Part shown: piece after piece, positions 47,767 through 59,900 of the stretch
Position numbering within the stretch: the stretch's first letter is position 1
How the letters are laid out: each line of letters begins with the position of its first letter
Assembly: GCA_977017645.1 (NCBI GenBank)
Contig: OZ360231.1
Coordinates: 69,874,001-69,938,000, forward strand
Reading direction: 5' to 3'
Length of the DNA: 64,000 bases
DNA from: Torpedo marmorata
Lineage: Eukaryota
Position numbers and translations under genes: made by a program
Notes under the pieces: generated by a model
Database searches by the model: none
Told to the model about the DNA's origin: nothing
The model's input: only the letters and a program-made list of their open reading frames with translations

Positions 47767-47983
47767 AAGTCATGGTGAATTTATTAAAAAATACTGCATG
47801 GGCAGGTTGCAAGGGAAAATAAGGGGAGATATTTCATGTTGTACATAACTTCAGAAGAGGTGTGCTTGACATCCTGCTCCCCATTGGATTAACCAATTTT
47901 TGAGTGACAGTAAAACATAACAGGATTTAAAAAAAAAAAAAAATCCCAACTAGGACAACGTACCCTCATTTATTATTGCACAT

Positions 47984-50900
47984 TGTAGCGGCCCGCGACC
48001 TACTCCGCAGGCCGACACAGGGAGCCGTGGTTGAACACAGCGATCGCGCAGGCGGCAAGTGATTCGGTCGACCTGTTCCCATAGGCCACAACGGCAAGGA
48101 GGGAACAGGCCAATCCCTAAGGATGGATCGTTACCCAACCAATCCTGGGCGTCGCGCCTTAGACCACGCCCCATCAGTGACGCAGCAGCCAGGTTCGGCC
48201 CGCCTATAAAGGGCAGAGCAGACAGCAGAATAGGCAGTTCTGTCTTGACGCTCAGAGGGTGTGCATCTCCTCTTGAGCTCCAGAACTAGAGCGACGACCA
48301 ACTCGACGTGCAGAGCTATAACCGTAGCAACTCGCTACAGTGGTGACCCCAACTGGTCCAAACGGCGATTTGGACCCGAAGATGGAACAGCCTTCAATCA
48401 ACGTGGTTTCGTTGAAGCTACCAAGCTTCTGGACATCGCAGCCGCTGGTATGGTTTGAGCAAGCCGAAGCACAGTTCGCCCTTCGAAGGATCTCCGACGA
48501 CACCGCCCGCTATTACGTGGTAAGCGCCCTCGAGCAGGAGACGGCGGCTAGACTTATCGACTTCCTGCAGCGTCCTCCAGAACAGGGGAGGTATGTGGCC
48601 AGCTGTTGACACGCACTTTCGGGCTCTCGAGGCGAGAGCGGGCAGCTCGATTACTGCATATGGACGGCTTGGGGGACAGGGCCCCTTCCGCTCTCATGAG
48701 CGACATGCTCGCCTTCACGGATGGCCACAGACCTTGCCTGCTATTCGAGCAGATCTTCCTGGAGCGATTGCCAGAGGACATCCGGCTGTTACTTGCGGAG
48801 GATTTCAGCGACCCCAGGGGGGTAGCTGCCTGAGCGGACGTGCTCTGGGCGGCGAAAAAAGACGACTGTGCAACAATGGAGCAAGTGACCACGTCTCGTC
48901 CGCAGCGAACAACTAGGCGGCTCCCCGAACAGTCGGCCCACCAACCGATGGAGCCCACCGGTGAGGAGTACTGCTTCTACCACCAACGGTGGGGTTCCGA
49001 GGCCCGTCGATGCCGATTCCCCCTGTGCGTTTCAGGGAAACGCCAGGGCCGGCCGCCATTGATGGTTGCGGCGGTCGGCCTGCATCACAACCTCCTCCAT
49101 GTACAGGACGCCCTGTCGGGCCGCCGGTTCCTGGTCGATACTGGGGCCGAAATCAGTGTTTTTCCCCCTTCCAGCTCCAACATCTGCAGCAGCAGGGTTG
49201 GACAGGGCCTGAGAGCGGCCAATAATTCAGATATTCGCACTTTCGGCACCCGCACCATCCCCCTCCGTTTTGGGGACAATAATTTTACCTGGAAGTTCAC
49301 GCTGGCGGCTGTGCGGCAACCGCTCCTGGGCGCGGATTTCCTTAGGGCCAATTCCCTACTAGTGGACATTAAGGGGCGAAGATTGGTGCATGCCACAACT
49401 TTTCAGACTCTTTCTCTGAGTGGGACTGAGCACACTGCCCCCTGCCTACACTCGGTAGCAGCCACCAACAGTGAGATGTCACGGATTATGGCCGATTTGC
49501 CTGCCATCACGACGCCACATTTCTCCTCGGCGGAACCTAGGCACGGGGTTAGGCATCACATCATGATGACGGGACCTCCCCTTCGCGCCAGGGCGCTCCG
49601 CCTTCCTCTCGAGAAAATCAACCTCGCCAAAGAAGAGTTCCGGAAAATAGAAGAGCTGGGTATCATGTGGCGTTCTGACAGCCCTGGGCCTCCCCACTCC
49701 ATATGGTGCCCAAGGCAGCAGGGGGCTGGAGACCATGCGGGGATTACCGCCGTCTCAACGAGGCCACCACACCGGACAGATATCTGGTGCCCCACATCCA
49801 GGACTTCACCGCTAACCTACAGGGGGCACGGATATTCTCAAAGGTGGACCTCGTTAAGGGCTCTCACCAGATCCCAGTCCAACCAGAAGACATCGCCAAG
49901 ACTGCCATTATCACCCCCTTTGGTCTGTTTGAGTTTCTTCGAATGGCGTTCGGCCTGAAGAACGCAGCTCAAACCTTCCAGAGGTTGATGCACGTGGTGG
50001 GCCGCGATCTCAAGTTCACCTTCATTTATTTGGACGACATACTGATAGCCAGCCACAATCGTGCTGAACACGCCATCCATATAAGACAAGTGTGCACCCG
50101 CCTGAAGGAGTTTGGTTTGATAATCAACCCCGCCAAGTGCCAGCTCGGGCAGGAGTCCATCGATTTCCTGGGGCACCGTATTAACAGGGATGGGGCCAGG
50201 CCACTGCCCAAAAAGGTGGAGGCCATCCGGTCATTTGCAACGCCCGCAACGGTAATGGGCCTGCAGGAGTTTGTCTGTATGATAAACTTTTATCATCGTT
50301 TCATACCGGCAGCAGCTGGCATCATGCGGCCCTTATTCTCCCTCATGGCAGGCCCAAAGAAGGAGATCGAATGGACGCAGGAAGCATCAGAGGCTTTCCA
50401 AACCGCCAGACGCCCTTCTGGTGCATCCTAGGACAGGTGCCCCGACAGCCCTCACTGTGGACGCCTCCAACACAGCGGTCGGGGGAGTACTTGAGCAGCT
50501 GGTCGCTGGACAATGGCAGCCGCTAGCCTTTTTCAGCAAGCACCTCCGCCCACCGGAGCTCAAGTACAGTGCTTTTGATTGGGAGCTCTTAGCTCTATAC
50601 CTGGCGGTCTGACATTTCCGATACTTCCTGGAGGGCAGGAGGTTCAAAATATTCACGGACCACAAGCCGCTCACCTTTGCTTTCAGCAAGGTGTCGGACC
50701 CATGGTCAGCCAGTCAGCAAAGGCACCTGTCCTACGTGTCTGAGTTCTCCACGGACATCGCACACATTGCCGGGACGACGCGCTATCACGGCTAGCCATA
50801 CTAGAAATACACGCCCTCGCCCCAGGCATCAACTATGCAGCCCTGGCTGAGGCACAACGAGCAGACCTCGGCATGCCTGCATACCGGACGGCGGTAACCG

Positions 50901-52446
50901 GTCTCCTCCTGGAGGACGTTCGCATCGGCCCAGGAAAGCAGACGCTTTTGTGCGACACCTCGACTGGTACGCCTAGACCCATCATACCCGCAGCATGGAG
51001 AAAACGGGTTTTCAACACGATCCACAACCTGGTACACCCAGCCATCAGAACCATGGTTAAGATGGTGGCCAGGCAGTTCGTATGGCATGGTCTCTGTAAA
51101 GAGGTCAGTCAGTGGGCTAAGACCTGCACGCATTGCCAGGCATCAAAGGTGCAGACGCACATTAAAGCCCCTCTCCAGTCATTCGAGCCGGCACGACTGA
51201 GGTTCAGCCATGAGCATGTGGACATTGTAGGCCCACTGCCAGTGTCAAGTGGTGCTCAATACCTCTTGACGATGATGGATCATCTGACTAGGTGGCTGGA
51301 AGCAGTCCCGCTCGTGGAAACATCCACAGAGTTGTGTGCCAGGGCCTTGCTAAACACCTGGGTGGCGCGCTTTAGAGTCCCTGAGCACCTTACATCGGAC
51401 AGAGGTGCCCAGTTCACCTCCAGCCTTTGGGCGACCTTGGCCAACACCCTGGGAACACAACTCCATCATACTGCGGCACACCATCCTCAGGCCAACGGGT
51501 TGGTGGAGAGGTTCCACAGGCACCTCAAGGTGGCCCTCATGGCTCGGCTCACAGGACCGCACAGGGCTGATGAACTTCCTTGGGTTCTCCTGGGCATCCG
51601 CACCGCACCCAAAGACGATTTTGACGTATCTACGGCGGAGATGGTCTATGGCGCACCCCTGGTCATCCCGGGTGAATTCCTGACCGACGCCCGGAACACG
51701 GAGGAGACTCCAGCAGTAGCCCCGACTCGTCTGCGGCAACGACTGGGTACGCTGGCCCCGGCACAACCCAGGGCGAACGGCCAGCCTAAAACTTTTGTTC
51801 CAAGGAACTTGAAGGACTGCAAGCATGTGTTTAAAAGGCGAGGGGCACATTGGCCACCACTCCAACGACCGTACGAAGGGCCGTACCTAGTTCTCAAACA
51901 CAACGACTCCACTTGTGTCATAGATGTTGGCGGCAGGGAGGAAACGGTCGCGGTTGACCGACTCAAGCCAGCACACCTGGACCCTGGCCAACCGGTCACA
52001 CCCTATACCACGCCGCAGGGGTCGGCCTCCCAAGGACAAGGCCACCGCACAGATCGCCGGTTCTGGGTGGGGGGGGGGGGGGAAGGGTCGTGTCACAGCC
52101 CGCGACCTACTCCGCAGGCCGACGCAGGGAGCCGTGGTCGAACAAGGCGAACGCGCAGGCGGCACGTGATTCGGTCGACCTGTTTCCATAGGCCACAACG
52201 GCAAGGAGGGAACAGGCCAATCCCTAAGGATGGATCGTGGCCTGACCAATCCTGGGCGTCGCGCCTTAGGCCACGCCCCATCAGTGACGCAGCAGCTAGG
52301 CTCGGCCCGCCTATAAAAGGCAGAGCCGACGGCAGAATAGGCAGTTCTGTCTTGACGCTCAGAGGGTGCGCATCTCCTCTTGAGCTCCAGAACTAGAGCG
52401 ACAACCAACTCGACGCGCAGAGCTATAACCGTAGCGACGCGCTACA
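47984..52446 (+). mobile_element. Full-length CsRn1-clade Gypsy LTR retrotransposon (degenerate)
   Basis: 356-bp LTRs at 47984-48339 and 52091-52446 (about 25 differences by eye); PBS TGGTGACCCC (tRNA-Trp-like); gag KLPSFW..WFEQAEAQF with a CHCC motif; LVDTGA protease, YLDD RT, RNase H, and integrase with GPY; imperfect TSD ACAT / ATAT. Confidence 0.93.
49035..49080 (+). promoter_or_regulatory. -1 ribosomal frameshift signal at the gag-pol junction (G GGA AAC plus hairpin)
   Basis: Heptamer at 49035-49041, 5-nt spacer, then stem GGCCGGCCGC / GCGGTCGGCC. Confidence 0.75.
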
Positions 52447-52943
52447 ATATACACCTTGAATACCTGGCTGATACTTTCCTTCCACCACCACCCCCCCCAC
52501 TCCACCCCCCCCCATGTTCAGACCAAAAACTCATGAAAATTATCTGCAGCTATCAACATCAAGTAACTTGCATGTTGGTAGTATGGTCTGCTCATCATTG
52601 CAATGGGGCCATTACAAAACCAAATGAATGTTTTGCAATTGTGGCTTTTCAAAGACAATGCAATAATACACTAATTTCAGCCAAGGAACTTTATCTGGCT
52701 TGCTGTCATAGCCCTGGCTGACAGGTAAGGAGCAAGCAAATAGCGAAGCGTGATGCAGTGAAGATGCAGAGACTTATGTCCTGAGTTAATGAATAACAAT
52801 CCTTGATGACAAGATATCTTTCAAGAGGGAAGAAGCAATTTTTGCTGACATCTCAGTTAAAATCTTGATCACTGTGTCAGTGAAAAACTTAAAAAAGTTA
52901 AAACATCTCTGTATATCCTTTACAAGATCCCACTTTCCCTTAC

Positions 52944-53150
52944 CTGAGAACAACTATAATCCAGGATTTTGATATGCGCGCTCAAAGCCTGGTCCATTAT
53001 GTCAACGGGTACATCATCGCTATGTGCTAAATTCCACAGTAGATTTAACACCTTATGTGCCATTACACCATCTTTGTCATCCTCAGCAAGACGACGAATC
53101 AATTCCAGAAGCTTTTCACGCTGCTTTTTACTAGCATTTGTCCAACTTGC
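52944..53150 (-). CDS. USP9X: USP9X exon (207 nt; [28 protein letters not shown]...KILDYSCSQ)
   Basis: ttttaag|GCA...CAG|gtaagg; overlaps ORF 52920..53102. Confidence 0.96.
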
Positions 53151-53228
53151 CTTAAAATTAAAATGTTACCACGTTAAAAAAAAATTTAATTGAGTTATCA
53201 AATAGTTTAATTACTAAATGAGTTCTAC

Positions 53229-53333
53229 CTTAAAACAATCAAAAAGGTGGTCAAGCTGCTCTGGAGAAAAGTCCCATGCCAATTTTGCAAGTAGATCATG
53301 GACATTTTTCACAATTGCTTCATGTTTACCCGC
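53229..53333 (-). CDS. USP9X: USP9X exon (105 nt; [35 protein letters not shown])
   Basis: tttgtag|GCG...AAG|gtagaa; phase 0/0. Confidence 0.95.
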
Positions 53334-53959
53334 CTACAAACAGAAAGTTCATATTAAAATACTTTCAATGCAATTTTTTTGTTAAAGTTTAAATTCTTCA
53401 AGACCATTATAATCTTTCTCCCTAAAAATATTATACACAAGCAGTAATAATAAGCAAAAATGAAAACTGTTAACTCCACAAAACTGATTAATTGGATCAT
53501 CCATCTACAACTAAATTCATGAGATCTGCAGTCACCCTTCAGTCAATAGCAAAATTCTCACCCAAAGTTATGAGCTCCAACTTAACTAAAGCTTTAGCGT
53601 TCTGTGTACATCAATGCAGAACTGTGGAAAAATCCCCACCAGATATGCACTCTTTCAGATAAACATTAAGCATTTAATCAATGATATAAATATTAATTGA
53701 AAACTAATGGAAGTTTGTACGTGTGGCCTCTCAGAATAACATGGAAGAGTACCGAGTGTCATCAATGTACTCAATACCAGTTAACCCCTATTTAGAGTAT
53801 GGAGTCATTTGTCGATTTGCAGAACCTTCATTAATTTCCTGCATTAAAATAGTAACCACACTTAGTTCTGAAGTAGGTTTGGTGCATCATATGATGGGAA
53901 AAGCTTTTTTCCCCCTTTCTTACACTAATTAGAGAGCTGTTATTTTAATCTGAGATGGT

Positions 53960-54205
53960 GTTCTTGTATTCAAACACTTATTTGAGGTAATATTTTCAGA
54001 AAGGGTTCAAGGAACATGGAATGAACTGCCAGAGGAAGTAGTTGGGGCTGGCACAATTATAATGACTAAAAGACATTTAGTCACAAACATGGAAAGGTTT
54101 AGAGGCAAACAGACCAAATAAGATAAGCTCAGGGAGGCAACTTGGCCAGCATGGGCAAGTTGAGCCACAGGGTCTATTTCTGTGGTCTATTTCTGTGGTG
54201 TATAA
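53960..54205 (+). mobile_element. Old CR1 3' end fragment
   Basis: TGGAATGAACTGCCAGAGGAAGTAG...GGGTCTATTTCTGTG resembles the other CR1 ends. Confidence 0.6.
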
Positions 54206-54400
54206 CTTAATCTCTTCAAGATGTGAAACAAGATGTTTCTGCCTGAGCAATAACAGTTCATTTCCCATTTTGGGAATCTAATACCACCAAGTGCAGATGA
54301 AAATTAGCTAAATAATCTGTTAGTTAGAAACCTCGCTTCATGTATTGTATGATATTTATATTAGTATAAGCAAATTGACAATGCTCTCATATCAGACAAA

Positions 54401-55222
54401 AAAAAATGGCGTCGCTGCCAGAGCTGCTGTAAAGGCAGCCCTGCTGCTGGTGCGGACCCGTGGGGAGCAGAGACACAGTGCTTGCCCTCGGGGTCCAACC
54501 CCCCTAGTCTGACTGCCGTGGGCTCTGTACAGGCTTTAAATGGCCTGTTAAATGAGCCGATGGTGGTTTATTTTAAAATCCTGCGACTGCAGGGTCTGGC
54601 CCATGACGACAGCGCCTACGTTCAGCAGCGGCCTCAAGGGGTTGCAGACTCTGAAGAAGCAGATGACTGGCGCAGGACACCAGAAAACAGGAACACCACC
54701 CCCTGTTTGAGAAGAAGCCACAGGACGGTGACCACGGCGGTGGACCAGCAAGGGGCTCTGAGGCTGAAGAACACAAAGGTGGCAGGCTGTTGGTGACTCG
54801 GGGCAAGGAACCCACACAAGATGCGTGCTGCTTGCGTCTGCAGACAAGGGACTCACACGAGGCTGTGGACTACCAGAGACTGGCTGACAGGGTGCCAGGT
54901 ATCAGAACCGAGATGCGAGAGGGTGCCGAGGGCACTAAAGACTTCCTGATCGTGGCAGGGGTTTGGATCTGGAGCTCTCATTGCCAACGGTTTGGACCAA
55001 AAGCTGTGTGGCTGCGGAGGTTGCAGGAGCGCTGGAGGCGAATCCATAGACGCTCAGTGACTCTGCGGGGGAACACTATTGCTTCTCTTTCTCTGACTGT
55101 TAGGGGCGCTGGGCAATTTCTGCTGATGGTGAATCTTTGTCTGCCTTACAGAAGACTAAAGGAAATTTCATGTAATATTGCATTTTCTGTATTATTACAT
55201 GACAATAAAAGAATCTTGAATC
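54401..55222 (+). mobile_element. Non-autonomous ~0.8-kb retroposon, copy B (uninterrupted)
   Basis: Starts AAAATGGCG and ends GACAATAAAAGAATCTTGAATC; homologous to 8618-10490. Confidence 0.75.
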
Positions 55223-55592
55223 AAGTTCTTTCTATCTTTTGTCCACAAGCAAGTCAAGAAACATTAATGGTTAGCTATTAGCAATTTGAAAAGGTTGAGA
55301 TAATATTTTTCCACCAATTTAATAAAGATTAAGCCATCAACACGTCTTTCCAAACAAGTGCACTTTCATGTATTCATACTTCACTTGCAAGGGCATTTCC
55401 ATTTCAGAATATCTAACCCTTACTGAAAGGTCAATGTTTATAAAGCCAAGACTGTGGGATCTTATAACTTTCAGTTAAAACTAGAGATTAACCAAGTGAA
55501 ACTATGTAAACTACAAGTGGTATTTCCTGCAACTACTCCAGCAAAGAGTAGTGAGGTCATTTCCGAAACCATTAAACTATCCATACAAAATA

Positions 55593-55838
55593 GTCAGCAT
55601 GGTTAATGCAGTAGTTAGTGCAATACTATTACAGCGCCAGCGACCCGGGTTCAAACCCAACAATGTCTCTGAGGAGTTTGTACATTCTCTCAGTGTCTGC
55701 ATGGGCTTCCTCTGGGTGCTCTGGTTTCACCCCACCCTTCAAAACGTATGGGGTTTGTAGGTTAATTGGTGTATTTGAGTGGCAAAGGCTCGAGGGCTGG
55801 ATGGGCCTGTTATCATGCTGGATGTCAACATTTTAAAA
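55593..55838 (+). mobile_element. tRNA-derived SINE (same family as 15600-15845)
   Basis: GGGTTCAAACC B box, GGAGTTTGTACATTCTC core and a CR1-like end. Confidence 0.8.
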
Positions 55839-56990
55839 ATCTATCCTTGCACATTCAATTAGTTAAACACATTGCCAAATCAATAACAGAGTCAACCTGT
55901 TAGTTCAGGAATCAGACTAGGATAAAGTTATAGCCAAACTTATACTGAGAAGCAAACCAAAGCCATGAGATTCTAATTGTATTTCTAGCTTGCAAAGTTC
56001 TTGAAATGACAACAGGTGTTGGCATTTATAAGGTGTCTTCAATTTAGCATGTCCCAAAATCTTTCAAACAATTAAATAATGATTAAACTTCTGTAGTTCT
56101 CAGGAGATTTTACTCAAAGTTTGTTGAAGAAGGATATTTTAAGGCAGACCTTCAAAGCGAAAACAAAAATCCCACAAGTGTAATTTTTAGGCATGGAACT
56201 CCAGATTGTGTTCCAAGTCAGCCAAAAGCACCAATGATAATGTGAAGGCCAGAATTAAAGAAATGCACAAGACTACTCTGGATTGTTGTATTAAAATAAG
56301 TTGCAGACCTCAAAGGTGATTTAACTGAAAGATGATTTTATTTTTAATTGGAGGGGATAAAAATCAAAGATCAACATAATTGAAAAAACTGCAGATGCTC
56401 AAAATATGAAATAAAAACAGAAAACATTGCAAACACTCAGAAGGCCAGGTCAGACAGTGCCTGTGTAAAAAGGAACAGAGTTAAAATCTTGGATTGAAGA
56501 TCCTTCATCAGACCTGGAAAGAGAGAAAAACAAGTTTATTTTAAGTTGCGGGAAGGATGCATGGGGCTGAAAAGGACAAATGGAGTATCTCTGCGATGAG
56601 GAGGCCAGGTTTGCCATTGTGATGAGTCGTAGAGATCATTTGGACAACTTGATCAAGGGGGTAGTTTGAGAAAGAGCTAAAGAAGCCATAAAATGACAGC
56701 AGGACAAGAGTGTGAACACCACAACGGAACATAAAAGCTGCAAAATGCAGTGCAGAAGAACATGACCAGTAGGTCAACCAATTTAATTTGATCAAAAGAG
56801 ACAATCCCTATATCTTCATCCCACAACTTAATGGAATGAGGACCCTTCACTTCCTTCTTGAATACAGCTTCAGTTTATTTTAACCAACTTATACATGGCC
56901 TAGATGAACCCATTCTCACAAATGACTTTGGCTCTCACTTCCTCCAGATCAAAGTTGTAGTTGTGGTAACTTATGGGCACAAGGTATGTA

Positions 56991-59900
56991 CAGTAAAGTC
57001 CCTGGTATCCGGCACCTATGGGGATTGGCAGATGCCAGATAAGTGTATTTGCCGGTTGCTTGAAACTTCCTAATATACCTGCATTAATAATAAAGTTTAA
57101 AAGACAAAAATACTATACTGTACCGACACTGTACAAACTTCATTTGCGTTAATATATAAACCTTAAAACATTTTACTTTATTTTCAATCACATTCTTTGA
57201 AAACATTTAACTGTCGCTGCATCTGCAGGTTCCTCCCCCTCCACGGAGCCGCCCGAAAGATGAACAATAACATTATAGATAACTAACCCTCCCCCCTTAC
57301 CCAAGTTTACAGAGAAAGCCTCTGTTGTAATGTGAGCTGTTTTGAAAGTGAGGCTGGGTCTGGAGTAAGGGAGGGGTTTTACTTCCTGTTTTCTTTTACT
57401 TCCAGTGTGCCTTGTATATAGCTTCGAGACCATGCTGTGTGATCGGGAGATGGAAAAAAGAGGAAGAAAACAAGCCTCTGTATATGTATGGTTTTGCTGT
57501 TCCAGATAAAGTTGTTCTTTTGAGCTTGAAGTTGTCAAGTGGTCCTTTTTCAAAGTAGAAGTTATCAAATATTTTTGGCGACGAGGTGAACTGGTCTTGT
57601 GGAAGTGTCGACCCGTTTTCGAACCGGAGCTGTGCGTTTGGATGGCAACGTTTGGGATTATCGGTGAATTCGTGGAAGGAAATGAGGATTGGCCGGAGTA
57701 TGAGGAAAGGTTGGGACACTTTTTCAGTGCTAATGGAATTACGGAGGAGGCTAAGAAGCGCTCTATTCTCCTGAGTGTGTGTGTGGGGCAAAGACTTACA
57801 AGTTGATAAGGAACTTAGCCACACCGCGGAAACCGGGGGAAATTCCATTCGACGAAAGGGTCAAGCTCGTGGGGAACCATCACAATCCAAAACCTTCTGT
57901 GATAGTCCAACGATTTAAGTTTCACAGCCTTTTCAGGAAGCCAGGTCAGTCTGTGGCCAATTTTGTAGCCGAGCTTCGGCAGCTACCGGATCGTTGTGAT
58001 TTTGAGGCAGTATTGGATGATATGCTCCGTGATAGATTGGTATGCGGCATTAATAATGACACCATACAACGCCGCTTGTTGGGGGAAACCCTACCGCTGA
58101 CTTTCAAGAAAGCCCGAGAGATTGCCCAAGGCATGGAGATGGCTGCTAATAATGCCAAGGATATCCAGAAAGGACATGGGGTTCGCAGTCAGTGGCAGTG
58201 TACCAAGTCAGGAGGGAGACTGGTGTACAGGCAAAGCGGGTGGAATGTTTTCGGTGTGGAGGGGCGCACTATGCAAATGATTGTAAATTCAAAGACACTG
58301 TCTGCTATGGTTGTAGCAAAAAGGGACATTTAGCTAAGAAGTGCAGGACTTCAAAGGTTAAGCCTGGGCAGGGGAAAGCTCAACGGGCTCCGGCAGCCAC
58401 ACACTACCTAGAAGAAGCAGATGAAGAGACAGCGTGTGCTTACAATATGTTTGGAGTGGAAACAGATGAGGAACCACCTGAACTATATTCTGCCACAGTC
58501 ACTGTCAGGGAAAAGGATATTAAGTCTGAGATTGATTCAGGGGCCACAGCATCAGTCATCAGTGAGGAGGACATGGGGGTCCAACCTGCCTCCCATCAGA
58601 CCGTCAAAGCTTAAACTCAGGACCTATACGGGGCAGCCCATATCTCATTTAGGGGTGTTATATGTGGATAATTTAGCCGGGAGTCAGAAGGCAGAAGCCA
58701 GGCTGGTGATAGCTAAGGGTAGCAGGCCCAGTCTTGCGCTGCGATTGGCTTTGCAAAATCCGGCTCAACTGGCATGAAATTAAGTTTGCACACACGGCGG
58801 AGGACATTCTGCAGCGGTACCGTGACATTTTCAGAGATGAGCTGGGCACATTGAAGGGCTTGACAGTGAAACTCAATGTTGACCCTGAGGCCACACCACG
58901 TTTTTTTAAGCCCAGTGCAATGCCCTACGCATGAAAGACAAGGCCGAGGAGGAGCTGAAACGTTTACAGCAGTTGGGCATCATTGTGTCTGTCCAGTTTT
59001 AAAGGTGGGCGGCTCCCATTGTTACAGTTTTGAAGGCAGACAAAATGGTGAGGATATGTGGGAACTATAAGCTTACGGTGAATCAGGTCTCTAAGCTGGA
59101 GGAGTACCCATTGCCACGGGTGGATGACCTGTTTGCGACACTGTCAGGGGGTAAGCTATTCACAAAGCTGGACATGAGCCACGCTTACCAACAGCTGTTG
59201 CTCGACGAGGATTCAAAGCAGTATGTCACAATTAACACGCATGAGAGATTATTTAAATACAATTGCCTGGTGTTTGGAGTGGCGTCCAGCCCCGCCATTT
59301 TCCAAAGGACAATGGACACCTTGCTGCCGGGGATTCTGCACGTAGCGGTGTATCTGGATGATATTTTGATCACGGAGGCCACGGAGGTGGAGCATCTGGC
59401 TAACTTGGAACAGGTGTTGAAGAGGCTCTCAAATGCAGGGCTGCGATTGAAACGCGGCAAATGTGTGTTCCTGGCACCGAGTGTGACCGAGCTGGGACAC
59501 AAGATCATAGCTGAGGGGCTTTGCCCGGTGGAGGACAAAGTGAGAGCTATCAAGGAGGCCCCAAGCCCAAAGAGCATCACGGAACTTAGATCATTTTTGG
59601 GCATGGTGAATTATTATCGCAAGTTTCTTCCTGACCTCTCAAGGGTTTTGGCCCCACTGTACAAGCTGTTTCACAATAACACCAAGTGGCAGTGGAGTGA
59701 AGAGCAGGTGGAAGCTTTCAATGACATGAAAGAACCTCCACTCAGCATATAAGGAGATCACCCTTTCGCCCAATGGAGTAGGGGCAGTTCTCTCACATGC
59801 AATGGAGGACCGTTCAGAGAAGCCTATTGGTTTTGCTTCACGTACCCTGATGGCTGCTGAGATATTCACAGCTAGACAAAGGTGGTCTGGCCATTGTTTT

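Larger units (their letters stand above)
5572..53333 (-). other. USP9X: USP9X (FAF-X ubiquitin carboxyl-terminal hydrolase) gene, internal span of 9 coding exons; partial at both ends
   Basis: Nine exons splice GT-AG in compatible phases into 521 uninterrupted codons. They run [15 protein letters not shown]...[11 protein letters not shown] and match the N-terminal helical region of vertebrate USP9X as I recall it. Confidence 0.95.

Noticed and set aside
5572-53333. USP24 instead of USP9X
   Set aside because: The peptides match USP9X as I recall it nearly residue for residue, and USP24 is far more divergent in this region.
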